Below are positions 55,162 through 62,841 of a DNA stretch of 64,000 nt, piece after piece. Positions within the stretch are counted from its first letter, which is position 1; the number at the start of each line of letters is the position of its first letter. This DNA is from Candidatus Babeliales bacterium. GTDB lineage: Bacteria > Babelota > Babeliae > Babelales > RVW-14. The notes below the pieces were generated by a model, which was given only the letters and a program-made list of their open reading frames with translations, was not told the origin of the DNA and did not search any database. The position numbers and the translations under genes are program-made. The stretch lies in NCBI GenBank assembly GCA_019746485.1, contig JAIERW010000022.1, forward strand, positions 3,280 through 67,279. Reading direction: 5' to 3'.

Positions 55162-55253
55162 GGAGAGATGGCTGAGTGGTCGAAAGCGCTTGCCTGCTAA
55201 GCAAGTATCTCGGGAAACCGGGATCGAGGGTTCGAATCCCTCTCTCTCCGCCA
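55162..55253 (+). tRNA. tRNA-Ser (anticodon GCT), CCA encoded
   Basis: GGAGAGATGGCTGAGTGGTCGAAAGCG, anticodon arm CTTGC-CTGCTAA-GCAAG, long variable arm, GAGGGTTCGAATCCCTC, TCTCTCC-G-CCA. Confidence 0.93.
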
Positions 55254-55286
55254 GTCTGCGCCCTACGTGGCTTCGACTGGCAGGCC
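55254..55286 (+). repeat. Shortened tRNA-trailer element (T module lacking the inner hairpin)
   Basis: GTCTGCGCCCTACGTGGCTTCGACTGGCAGGCC. Confidence 0.6.
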
Positions 55287-55342
55287 ATCTTCTTAAATGA
55301 AATACAACAGGTTTTAACTGCAAATAGAAGAAGAGTTAATTC

Positions 55343-55463
55343 CCGTTCGCCCTGATCTCTCGACTTGGCTCGAGACTAAAGGCCCTCCCGCCTGTCCTGA
55401 GGAATCCGGCGTAGCTTTAGCGAAGCGGGATGTCTCGAAGGGTCGAAGGGTCTAAACGAACGG
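55343..55463 (+). repeat. S-module repeat copy bounded by 7-nt inverted repeats (MITE-like)
   Basis: CCGTTCG (55343) ... CGAACGG (55457-55463). Inside are the hairpin TCTCGA-cttggc-TCGAGA and the conserved CCGCCTGTCCTGAGGAA...GTCTCGAAGGGTCGAAGG. Confidence 0.55.
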
Positions 55464-55519
55464 TTCCTGAAATCGAAAATACTTTGAAAACAAATTCTAA
55501 AAAATCACGTTCTTAACGT

Positions 55520-55611
55520 GGAGAGATGGCTGAGTGGTTGAAAGCAACGGTCTTGAAAACCGTCATACCGGGAAACCGGTATCGGGAGTTCGAATCTCCC
55601 TCTCTCCACCA
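55520..55611 (+). tRNA. tRNA-Ser (anticodon TGA), CCA encoded
   Basis: GGAGAGATGGCTGAGTGGTTGAAAGCA, anticodon arm ACGGT-CTTGAAA-ACCGT, long variable arm, GGGAGTTCGAATCTCCC, TCTCTCC-A-CCA. Confidence 0.93.
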
Positions 55612-55665
55612 TCCTACGCTCTGCGTGCTTTGCATTTGTAGCTTCGGATGGCAGGCCATTTTTTA
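55612..55665 (+). repeat. tRNA-trailer element (T module) followed by a T-run
   Basis: TCCTACGCTCTGCGTGCTTTGCATTTGTAGCTTCGGATGGCAGGCC, then ATTTTTT. Confidence 0.75.
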
Positions 55666-55679
55666 GAGGAGGTAAAGTA

Positions 55680-56450
55680 ATGAGCAAAAGCACGTTAGGC
55701 CTTCCGCTTGAGTACAGCACACTTCATAAATTCTACGATGCGCTTTGCGCAGGTGATATCGATTCAAAAAATAATCTTATAGAAACAATACTCAAAAAAT
55801 ATCATGTTCAGACCGTGTTAGATCTTACGTGTGGCACCGGCTCTCAAGTCTTCTGGCTTGCAAAATGCGGATACAAAGTTACCGGCTCAGATATCAGCCC
55901 CGCTCTTTTGGCTCAAGCCCGAGAAAAAGCGTTGCAAGAAAAAATCGATGTAACGCTGATTGATGGTGATATGCGCACGGTAAAAGTTGGCCGCTTTGAT
56001 GCTGCTATAACGATTTTTAACGCTGTAGGGCACCTGACAAAAACTGACTTTGAAAAGGCTATGCAAAACATACACAGCAACTTAAAAAAGGGCGGGTTGT
56101 ATGTTTTTGACATACTTAACTTGAGTGCTATGACCGATGAAGCAGTAGAAAATCTAGCGATGGATGTAAGTAAAACGGTTGATGGTATCACTATTCGTAA
56201 CGTTCAATATTCCACAATTGATAGAGAAACTGGCCGTCTGACTTCGTATGATTCTTTTACGCTTCAAGAAGGTTCTAGCGAACCGCAAATTTTGACAGGC
56301 GAATTTACGCTGCAAATTTATACCGCACAAGAGCTTACAGAAATGCTTGCCAGAAGTGGCTTTAAAGTGCTTGAGCAGTGTGGCCTTGATGGGGCAAAAT
56401 TTTCAGATCATACAACTACTAATATTCTGACGGTGGCACAGAAGTTGTGA
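55680..56450 (+). CDS. Class I SAM-dependent methyltransferase
   Basis: Motif I VLDLTCGTGSQVFWLAKCGYKVTGSDIS. Post-I DGDM. LKKGGLYVFD. Confidence 0.88.
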   Translation: MSKSTLGLPLEYSTLHKFYDALCAGDIDSKNNLIETILKKYHVQTVLDLTCGTGSQVFWLAKCGYKVTGSDISPALLAQAREKALQEKIDVTLIDGDMRTVKVGRFDAAITIFNAVGHLTKTDFEKAMQNIHSNLKKGGLYVFDILNLSAMTDEAVENLAMDVSKTVDGITIRNVQYSTIDRETGRLTSYDSFTLQEGSSEPQILTGEFTLQIYTAQELTEMLARSGFKVLEQCGLDGAKFSDHTTTNILTVAQKL

Positions 56451-56454
56451 AAAT

Positions 56455-57549
56455 TTATTCACCATAAACAAGCATGCTGAACGCCGGTGCAAGTTGATAC
56501 TTACGTCCTTTGCGCGAAGGATCGCTGATGACCAAGAAGCCTTTTTCTACCCAGGTGCGGCACAGAGCGCTTACCGTGCGTGGCTTAAAGCCAAAAAGCG
56601 CGCAGATTTCTTGTGAGGTAATTTCCTCAGATTTTTTGAACAGTTCAAGTACTTTGCGTTGCTTTGGGTTGAGCTTGCGCAATAACCTTGATTGATCTGG
56701 CTCTTGCTGCTGTGCAGCTTTAGCTGCCTGTTGTTTTACCTTTTCGCACGCTTGCGCCATGCCATCACAGAAATATTTCAGCCAATCAGTTATGTCTGCT
56801 TCCTCGCGACCTTCGTAGTAATTGTGCGAGGGCCCAGTGCTTATGGCATCGTAGTAAGCGGATAAATTTTTAGCATAATACTCTTCTAGGCAGTACACGC
56901 CTTTTAAATCGTAACCCCCAAGATGCAAAATAAATGTTGTAAGTAAGCGTGCTGTACGGCCGTTTCCGTCGTAGTAAGGATGGATTGTTGCAAATTGATA
57001 GTGTGCAATGCCGGCAACCAACGGGCATGGTAGATCGTTATTTTCTTGAATCCACAAAACCAAAGCTTTCATGAGTTCTGGCACATCAGATGCTTGTGGT
57101 GGTAAGTAAACAATGCGTCCGGTGCTGCCATCTTTAATTACATTTTGGCCGGTGCGGTAGGGTGTTGCTTGAAGTGTGGTGAGCCCATTACCCATAACCA
57201 GTGCGTGGAGCTTTTTTATTCGTTGTTCGGTTATTGGCTTTTCTTGTGCAACGTACTGTTCGAGCGCTTGTAGTGCCTGGTAATAGCCTTTTACCTCGCC
57301 CTCATCACGAGGTCGAAGTGTTGCCTTTTTTCTCAAAATAACGTCGGCAACCTCGTCTTGAGTTAGCCGGTTTCCTTCAATTTGTGTTGAATAGTGAACG
57401 CTGGAAAGGCGTGCGCTTTCTCGTAACTTTGCCAACACGGTTATGGTTATTGGCAGATCGTTAATTGCTTGCTTTGCCGCTTCAATGCGCATGAGCGTCT
57501 TGGCCATTGAGGGCGTTAGGGAAAAGAAGGGGGCAAATTTTTTAATCAT
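56455..57549 (-). CDS. Fic-family protein (AMPylase type) with an intramolecular inhibitory motif and a C-terminal winged-helix domain
   Basis: The Fic motif HPYYDGNGRTARLL fits HxFx(D/E)GNGRxxR. The N-terminal STQIEG fits the (S/T)xxxE(G/N) inhibitory helix. The C-terminus is QRKVLELF...ITSQEICALFGFKPRTVSALCRTWVEKGFL. Confidence 0.9.
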   Translation of the reverse strand: MIKKFAPFFSLTPSMAKTLMRIEAAKQAINDLPITITVLAKLRESARLSSVHYSTQIEGNRLTQDEVADVILRKKATLRPRDEGEVKGYYQALQALEQYVAQEKPITEQRIKKLHALVMGNGLTTLQATPYRTGQNVIKDGSTGRIVYLPPQASDVPELMKALVLWIQENNDLPCPLVAGIAHYQFATIHPYYDGNGRTARLLTTFILHLGGYDLKGVYCLEEYYAKNLSAYYDAISTGPSHNYYEGREEADITDWLKYFCDGMAQACEKVKQQAAKAAQQQEPDQSRLLRKLNPKQRKVLELFKKSEEITSQEICALFGFKPRTVSALCRTWVEKGFLVISDPSRKGRKYQLAPAFSMLVYGE

Positions 57550-57553
57550 AATT

Positions 57554-57620
57554 TTATCGGCATGTTATCGGTATGTTATCGGCTATCTTTTTATTTATTA
57601 TGCCGATAAATTGCCGATAA
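57554..57620. promoter_or_regulatory. Five copies of a TTATCGGCA motif (3 direct at an 11-nt period, 2 inverted) immediately upstream of fic
   Basis: TTATCGGCATG TTATCGGTATG TTATCGGCTAT ... TGCCGATAA AT TGCCGATAA. Confidence 0.5.
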
Positions 57621-57677
57621 GTCAACAAAAGAGATAAAAATAGCCAATTTTTAATAGTTCATTTTTGTTCATTATTT

Positions 57678-57739
57678 CTTATTTCAGTTTAAGGTCGAAT
57701 ACTGAAATAAGATTTGATTTTGGGAATTCTTATTTCAGT
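57678..57739. promoter_or_regulatory. Perfect 11-bp inverted repeat plus a third direct copy. Candidate MarR operator upstream of the SRPBCC-marR operon
   Basis: CTTATTTCAGT-n12-ACTGAAATAAG (57678-57711) and a third CTTATTTCAGT at 57729-57739. AAGGTCG is also repeated. Confidence 0.5.
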
Positions 57740-57755
57740 CTAGCCCCAAGGTCGC

Positions 57756-57783
57756 TTGACTCAATTTGGTAAACTTGTATACT
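57756..57783 (+). promoter_or_regulatory. Sigma-70-type promoter candidate for the SRPBCC-marR operon
   Basis: TTGACT, then a 16-nt spacer, then TATACT. It lies 45 nt upstream of the ATG at 57829. Confidence 0.6.
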
Positions 57784-57828
57784 ATATCTATAGTTACTAA
57801 ATTATTATTTTAAAAAAGGAGTCAAACA

Positions 57829-58254
57829 ATGTGGAAGCAATCATGCAGCAAGCTTTATCAGAATGTTAAAAAAGAAGAGGTTTGGTGTTTGTGGACCGAT
57901 GTGAATAACTGGTCATCATGGCACGATGATCTAGATTATTGCAAAATGACCGGACCTTTTGTGGTGGGCAATTATTTTATGTTAAAGCCAAAGGGTGCTT
58001 CGGCAGTAAAAATTGAACTGACTGAAGTTAATGAAGGTACGTCGTTTACCGATTGCACAACATTTTTTGGTGCAAAGATGTACGATACTCACACGCTTGA
58101 AGAAACGCCGGATGGTTTATTGCTGACTAATACCGTTGTGGTTACTGGCCCGTTGCGTTGGTTGTGGGTTAAACTCGTGGCGCAAAAAGTTGCCAACGGT
58201 GGTGAGGCGCACATGGACATGTTGGCGCACCTTGCAAGCACCAACAATGACTAA
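57829..58254 (+). CDS. SRPBCC (START/polyketide-cyclase-like) ligand-binding protein
   Basis: 141 aa. VWCLWTDVNNWSSWHDDL is typical of SRPBCC N-termini. Its end overlaps the marR start by 8 nt. Confidence 0.65.
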   Translation: MWKQSCSKLYQNVKKEEVWCLWTDVNNWSSWHDDLDYCKMTGPFVVGNYFMLKPKGASAVKIELTEVNEGTSFTDCTTFFGAKMYDTHTLEETPDGLLLTNTVVVTGPLRWLWVKLVAQKVANGGEAHMDMLAHLASTNND

Positions 58255-58705
58255 GTCGCCATTTGGTTTTAAGCGGCCGGAAGACAGTCCCGGTTTTTTA
58301 TTGTGGCAAACAACCATAACGTGGCAGCGACGGATAAACAAAGCACTTGACGAATATGGTGTTTCGCATGCACAGTTTGTGATCATGGCGCTTTTGTTGT
58401 GGTTTCAAGAAAACAATTATGAGAGTAACCAAGCTTTAATTGCTGACAAATCTAAGCTTGATAAAATGACTGTTTCAAAAGCTCTTAAAAAATTGGTAGA
58501 ACTCGGATTTGTTCAGCGAACTGAAGACACGCGTGATACGCGGGCCAAAGTTGTTCAATTGACCGAAAAAGGTAAGGCAATGGTCAAAATGCTGGTGCCA
58601 ATTGTTGAAGGAATAGATAAAGCGTTTTTTGGTAATGTTTCGATGAGTGATCAGCAGGAGTTAATTAAAATTTTAGGTGCGTTGCTTGCAAAGATTGGTG
58701 AGTGA
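58247..58705 (+). CDS. MarR-family transcriptional regulator
   Basis: Start at MTKSPFGFKRPEDSPGFLLWQ. Winged HTH: LIADKSKLDKMTVSKALKKLVELGFVQRTEDTRDTRAKVVQLTEKG. Confidence 0.88.
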   Translation: MTKSPFGFKRPEDSPGFLLWQTTITWQRRINKALDEYGVSHAQFVIMALLLWFQENNYESNQALIADKSKLDKMTVSKALKKLVELGFVQRTEDTRDTRAKVVQLTEKGKAMVKMLVPIVEGIDKAFFGNVSMSDQQELIKILGALLAKIGE

Positions 58706-58706
58706 A

Positions 58707-59042
58707 TTAATGCAACTTCTTGCCGTTTGGCGCTTTTGGCTCTGTAGTTGCCAAACAAATAGCGCCAGCGTCATCAGAAAAGCCAACCAATAAAAATTGC
58801 GATACAAAGCCGGCAATATTTTTTTCACCCAAATTTACGCAACCAATAATGCTGCGCCCAACCAGCGCTTCTGGCGTGTAATGCACTGTCACTTGTGCCG
58901 ATGTTTGCAGCACGCCAAGCTCTGGTCCAAAGTCTGCCCATATTTTGTAGGCAGGCTTTTTTGCTTTGGGAAAGGTTTCTGCTTTCACAATGGTGCCTGA
59001 GCGCAGGTCAACGCGTTCAAAATCTTGGTAAGTTATTGTCAT
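58707..59042 (-). CDS. csaA: tRNA-binding-domain protein (CsaA-like)
   Basis: MTITYQDFERVDLRSGTIVKAETFPKAKKPAYKIWADFG...GCVNLGEKNIAGFVSQFLLVG. The ATG is preceded by AGGAAA. Confidence 0.8.
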   Translation of the reverse strand: MTITYQDFERVDLRSGTIVKAETFPKAKKPAYKIWADFGPELGVLQTSAQVTVHYTPEALVGRSIIGCVNLGEKNIAGFVSQFLLVGFSDDAGAICLATTEPKAPNGKKLH

Positions 59043-59050
59043 GGTATTTC

Positions 59051-59617
59051 CTAATCCCAAAAACGTCCAACTCTAATGTTGGCATTGAAATCGAATAAAG
59101 GTGGTTTATTTCTTCTGGCCAAAGTATCTACGAGTTTATCAAAGTTTTTTTCTAGGTGGCTCGTAGATGGTTTTCCAAACGTGCCTGTCCGCTGATCATA
59201 GCAAGCGAGTGCGAAAAGAGAAGAGATACCAATAATAGTGGTAGTGATGCCAAGCACTTGGATCGCGGTCAGCCAGAAGGGCGTTTGTTCAAGTTCGTTA
59301 AGCTGGTTGATTGCTTCAATTAAGCGTAATTGCGTGATGGTATTTTCTTTTTCTTGGAGCAATACCCGGTACGCTTGGTTGTCTGGTTGTTCAATGCTGC
59401 GAGTACCTTCTAAACTTTTGTTGATTTTTTCAAGTTGTTCCAGAACTTTTGCTAACGTAATGTTTTGCTCTGAGCTCTGTTGAAGTGAGGGTGTGGCAGC
59501 AAGATCAGACACTTTTTTGCATGATTCACGTAACGTTTCTTCCAGAGAATTGTTATGCGCTTTCGGCATGTGCAAGAAGGCCAGGCTTAAGACCAGCGCA
59601 ACAAAAAATTTTGTCAT
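59051..59617 (-). CDS. Secreted or membrane hypothetical protein (signal peptide, coiled-coil, C-proximal TM). Paralog of 59619-60143
   Basis: MTKFFVALVLSLAFLHMPKA. Shared motifs L..LEQLEKIN, YRVLL..KE....QLR.IE and LACYD. Confidence 0.7.
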   Translation of the reverse strand: MTKFFVALVLSLAFLHMPKAHNNSLEETLRESCKKVSDLAATPSLQQSSEQNITLAKVLEQLEKINKSLEGTRSIEQPDNQAYRVLLQEKENTITQLRLIEAINQLNELEQTPFWLTAIQVLGITTTIIGISSLFALACYDQRTGTFGKPSTSHLEKNFDKLVDTLARRNKPPLFDFNANIRVGRFWD

Positions 59618-59618
59618 G

Positions 59619-60143
59619 TTATGACTTTTTTGCCATATTTTTCAGCGTTTCAAAGTTCTCTTGCAAGCGTTCAAGCGTTGGCTTTTGCATACTACGGCTT
59701 TGTGGATCATAGCAAGCAAGTACTGTTAAAGCAGGTACGCCAAGGATTACCGTTGTGCCGCCAAGTAGTTTAAGAGCTTGGCTCCAGATAGATGTTTCTT
59801 CAAGGTAGTGGGTGCGAGTAACTGATTCAATTGAACGTAATTGAGCAACGATATATTCTTTTTTCTTGAGCAATACTCTATAAATTTCATCAACATCATG
59901 GCGTTCAAGATCACGAATGTTTTCAATATCATCGTTGATTTTTTCCAGTTGTTCTAAAAGTTCGGCTAGCGTCATTTGTTGATTTAAGCTCTGTTCAAAT
60001 GCCCGTGTTGCAATGAGATTGTTCATTTTTTTGCAAGGAACAAGCCCGGTATTTTGCCCGGTATTTTCTAAGGTTTTGCTGAGTGCGCTAGGAATTGGCA
60101 AGAGAGTAAGGCTGAATGCGAGAGCAAGAAAATATCTTTTCAT
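59619..60143 (-). CDS. Secreted or membrane hypothetical protein, paralog of 59051-59617
   Basis: MKRYFLALAFSLTLLPIPSA, with the same motif order. The gap to the downstream paralog is 1 nt. Confidence 0.7.
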   Translation of the reverse strand: MKRYFLALAFSLTLLPIPSALSKTLENTGQNTGLVPCKKMNNLIATRAFEQSLNQQMTLAELLEQLEKINDDIENIRDLERHDVDEIYRVLLKKKEYIVAQLRSIESVTRTHYLEETSIWSQALKLLGGTTVILGVPALTVLACYDPQSRSMQKPTLERLQENFETLKNMAKKS

Positions 60144-60377
60144 AGCTAATCCCTTGTGGGTTAATTTTTTACTTTAATAATATGTTCAAAATAAGATCAA
60201 AACTGAAATACTATTGCAATAAATTTGCATTCTTGCAAGGTCTAAATTTTTATTTTTTTTCAAATTGTAAAAGATTGTTATGGTGGTGCATCTTAAGTGT
60301 GATTTTTTGTATGCTACGTATCATAAGTCGCTCCATTGTTTTATGACAAGTTTTTTGTTTTTTGTGAAGGGGAAAAG

Positions 60378-61004
60378 ATGAAGATGCGTATGTTTAAGCA
60401 CATCGTGCTGGTGCCAGGACTTTTCGTTGTGGTCTTTTTTTGTGTGAATATGGGTGAGGGTGGGCAGCAAAAGAAATATAGCTCTGGAACTGGAGAGCCT
60501 GCTTTTGCAGCGCTTGAAGAAGGTGCTGGTAATTATTCAGGCAGCATTTTTGATGAGACAACGGAAACAAAGTTAAGCGAGGTATCGTTTTTTGGGAGCA
60601 CCAATGTTGGTGGGCTGCGTCAGGAAGACAATGATTCAACGAGCAGTTTTGACATGGCAAGAATTCATACGATAGAAGTTGTAGAGCCTAATTTTCAGAG
60701 CAAGCGCTTTAATCAAACTTTTGTGCGTGTAAAAGTGACGCTTAGGTCGAAAAAAAATCCAGATAAATTAAAAACAGTTGAGGTGTTGGTACCACATCGC
60801 GTGACCGTGTGTGGCGTGGAAGATGAAACAGGAATGCATAAGGCATGGTTTTTAGAAAAAATTAATAAAATTGTAGTTCATGAGCGTGTTGGCCAAGCTG
60901 CTGCTCCACAAACAGAACAACCTGGTCGCAGGCGTAAACGTGTAGTAATGGCCAGTGAGCGTGGCAAAGAAGAGCAATCAGCTCAAGTAAAAAAAAAACG
61001 GTAA
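60378..61004 (+). CDS. Hypothetical membrane or secreted protein with a basic C-terminus (RRRKR...KKKR)
   Basis: Start at MKMRMFKHIVLVPGLFVVVFFCV, preceded by GGGGAAAAG. The ORF ends just after an A10 tract (60989-60998). Confidence 0.6.
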   Translation: MKMRMFKHIVLVPGLFVVVFFCVNMGEGGQQKKYSSGTGEPAFAALEEGAGNYSGSIFDETTETKLSEVSFFGSTNVGGLRQEDNDSTSSFDMARIHTIEVVEPNFQSKRFNQTFVRVKVTLRSKKNPDKLKTVEVLVPHRVTVCGVEDETGMHKAWFLEKINKIVVHERVGQAAAPQTEQPGRRRKRVVMASERGKEEQSAQVKKKR

Positions 61005-61188
61005 ACATTGTCGATGAAAGCCCGTTGGGCGAACCGGAAAAAGAACGAACATTGTGGCAAGCGTTTATGATGGTTGTTGATGCTATTATCGATATTATTA
61101 AATTGATTTTTAAGCCATTGGTTAGTTTCTTGCCATGGTGATCTAAAACGTTGTTGCAGCATACTGTCCTTGGGGGGCGGGGGGAATT

Positions 61189-61926
61189 ATGAAAAAGTGT
61201 TTAAAAAAACAAGCGGTAGGTGTTTTGGGGGCCTTGCTGCTTGTTTTTTTTGTCGGTTGTGGGAATAATGACAGTCGTACTGAGATTATTGTTGTTAGGC
61301 ACGGCCAGACTGATTGGAACGTGATTAAGCGCACGCAAGGGCATACCAACGTTCCACTCAATGCGGTTGGCGTTAAGCAGTCTGGGGTAGTTGCTGATTA
61401 TTTGGCTAAAAATTATATGAACCCCAACATTGTTGCTATTTACAGCAGCACGCTTTCGCGTGCATACACAACTGCTCATATTATTGCCGAAAAAATTGGT
61501 GTGCCGGTTTATCAAGATGCTCGTTTGTGTGGCTACCGCAAAGGTATTTTTCAGGGTTTAACGCGTACAGAAATCAAAGAACAATATCCTGAGCTTGCGC
61601 ATCAAAAGGTTTATGATGATTCTGGCCAAATTCCCGGTGCTGAGCGCAGGGTTGAGATGGAAAAAAGAGTGAGTGAGGCGTTGCGTGAAATCGCCGAAAA
61701 GCACCACGGTAAACGTGTAGTTGTTGTTTCGCATGGCGGTCCTTTGCGTGCCATGTATCATTGGATTAAGGGCGAAAAAAATGATAGAACGCTTCCCTAT
61801 AAAAAGATGAAAAACGCTGCCATTGGCATAATTTCAGTTGTTAATGACGAATGGAAAGTTGACGAGTGGGCCAAAGATGAGCATTTAAACGTTTCTGAAC
61901 CAAAAATGCCTGATGTGGTGCCTTGA
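61189..61926 (+). CDS. Histidine phosphatase (phosphoglycerate-mutase-like) family protein, probable lipoprotein
   Basis: Lipobox-like LLLVFFVGC. Catalytic RHGQTDWN. Second His in VVSHGGPLRA. Confidence 0.88.
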   Translation: MKKCLKKQAVGVLGALLLVFFVGCGNNDSRTEIIVVRHGQTDWNVIKRTQGHTNVPLNAVGVKQSGVVADYLAKNYMNPNIVAIYSSTLSRAYTTAHIIAEKIGVPVYQDARLCGYRKGIFQGLTRTEIKEQYPELAHQKVYDDSGQIPGAERRVEMEKRVSEALREIAEKHHGKRVVVVSHGGPLRAMYHWIKGEKNDRTLPYKKMKNAAIGIISVVNDEWKVDEWAKDEHLNVSEPKMPDVVP

Positions 61927-61976
61927 GAGAAATGCCTGGTTGCGGCAGCTCACGCAACGGAGCTGCCGCACGTGAA

Positions 61977-62816
61977 TTACAATCCTTGTAGTTTTTTAAG
62001 TTCTCTGAGTAGTTCTTCTTCGCTGACTTGGGTGAAGGAAAATGGACATTGACCGATAGGGACTATTTGACCATTAGGACTTATAGAGAACAATAATTCA
62101 AGGCCTGGTGGTAGTTCTTGGCCTGGAACGATGTGAACAAGACTGTATTCGTCTGGTTCTTCTTCTATCGCGTTATCAAATCTTTCGCGTAATCCTTGGC
62201 CAATAAAGCTCTTAAAATCTTCTTCAGTCATGTGGGCATAACGATAGGCAAAGCCAGCAAAACTTGCCAGAATAACGCTGCCAAAAACCAAGTATTGTTC
62301 ATCAGTTAGAACTATTCCGTTGTTGTTGAGTATGTTTTGAGTTGGCCATGGAGCTATGAAGAATTTTTCGGGAAATTCGTCTTTTGTTGCATAACCAAGT
62401 GTTGCTTCGAGCCAAAAATATTCTCTGGCCCAGGCTTTTAGCCGAGCTTGCTGATCAGAATTTTCTTCATTTAATTCTGCTGTATTTTTTCGGCATTGTT
62501 TTATTTTTTCCAAACCATCTTGTGTAAATGCATTTTGAAGAGCATTTGCCTTTGCTGCCATCTCTGGGTGGTTGATAATGAACTGTTTAAGGCTACTTTG
62601 CGAGATTTCTGTATAGAGCTTGTAGGCAGAGCCGCTGAGTTTAATGCCCTTTTGATGTGCTTGTTTGCGCGCACATTGCAGTCCTTCTTGAATAAATTTA
62701 GTGCCAAATGCAATGATCTCATCAGGCAATTCGTTAACGCTGTTAAGCAGTTCACCAGCGGCTGCTGAAAGCTGACTACTTGCAAAAAGCAGTGAGATCA
62801 TCAAAAGTTTTTTCAT
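61977..62816 (-). CDS. Secreted hypothetical protein, paralog of 62842-63528
   Basis: Start at MKKLLMISLLFASSQLSAAA. Shared motifs LLNS(V/I)N.(L/V)P..(I/V)I, LNEENS.Q..RL.AW.RE.F and ILNNNG/LLNNGKFL. Confidence 0.72.
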   Translation of the reverse strand: MKKLLMISLLFASSQLSAAAGELLNSVNELPDEIIAFGTKFIQEGLQCARKQAHQKGIKLSGSAYKLYTEISQSSLKQFIINHPEMAAKANALQNAFTQDGLEKIKQCRKNTAELNEENSDQQARLKAWAREYFWLEATLGYATKDEFPEKFFIAPWPTQNILNNNGIVLTDEQYLVFGSVILASFAGFAYRYAHMTEEDFKSFIGQGLRERFDNAIEEEPDEYSLVHIVPGQELPPGLELLFSISPNGQIVPIGQCPFSFTQVSEEELLRELKKLQGL

Positions 62817-62841
62817 TAAAGCTCCTGAAAATAAGATTAAA

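Noticed and set aside
55049-55720. Track ORFs 55049-55288, 55069-55323 and 55505-55720, and also 53012-53293 and 15359-15562.
   Set aside because: They overlap the tRNA genes and trailer or MITE-like repeats on the opposite strand or in the repeat sequence itself. Peptides such as RGLEPLTVRF, EGFEPSIP and LRPGG(Y/F)G.QA are just translated tRNA or repeat DNA.
61005-61060. An 18-aa ORF, MKARWANRKKNEHCGKRL, downstream of 60378-61004.
   Set aside because: It is too short, has no RBS, and is better explained as part of the alternative frame discussed in the A10 frameshift finding.
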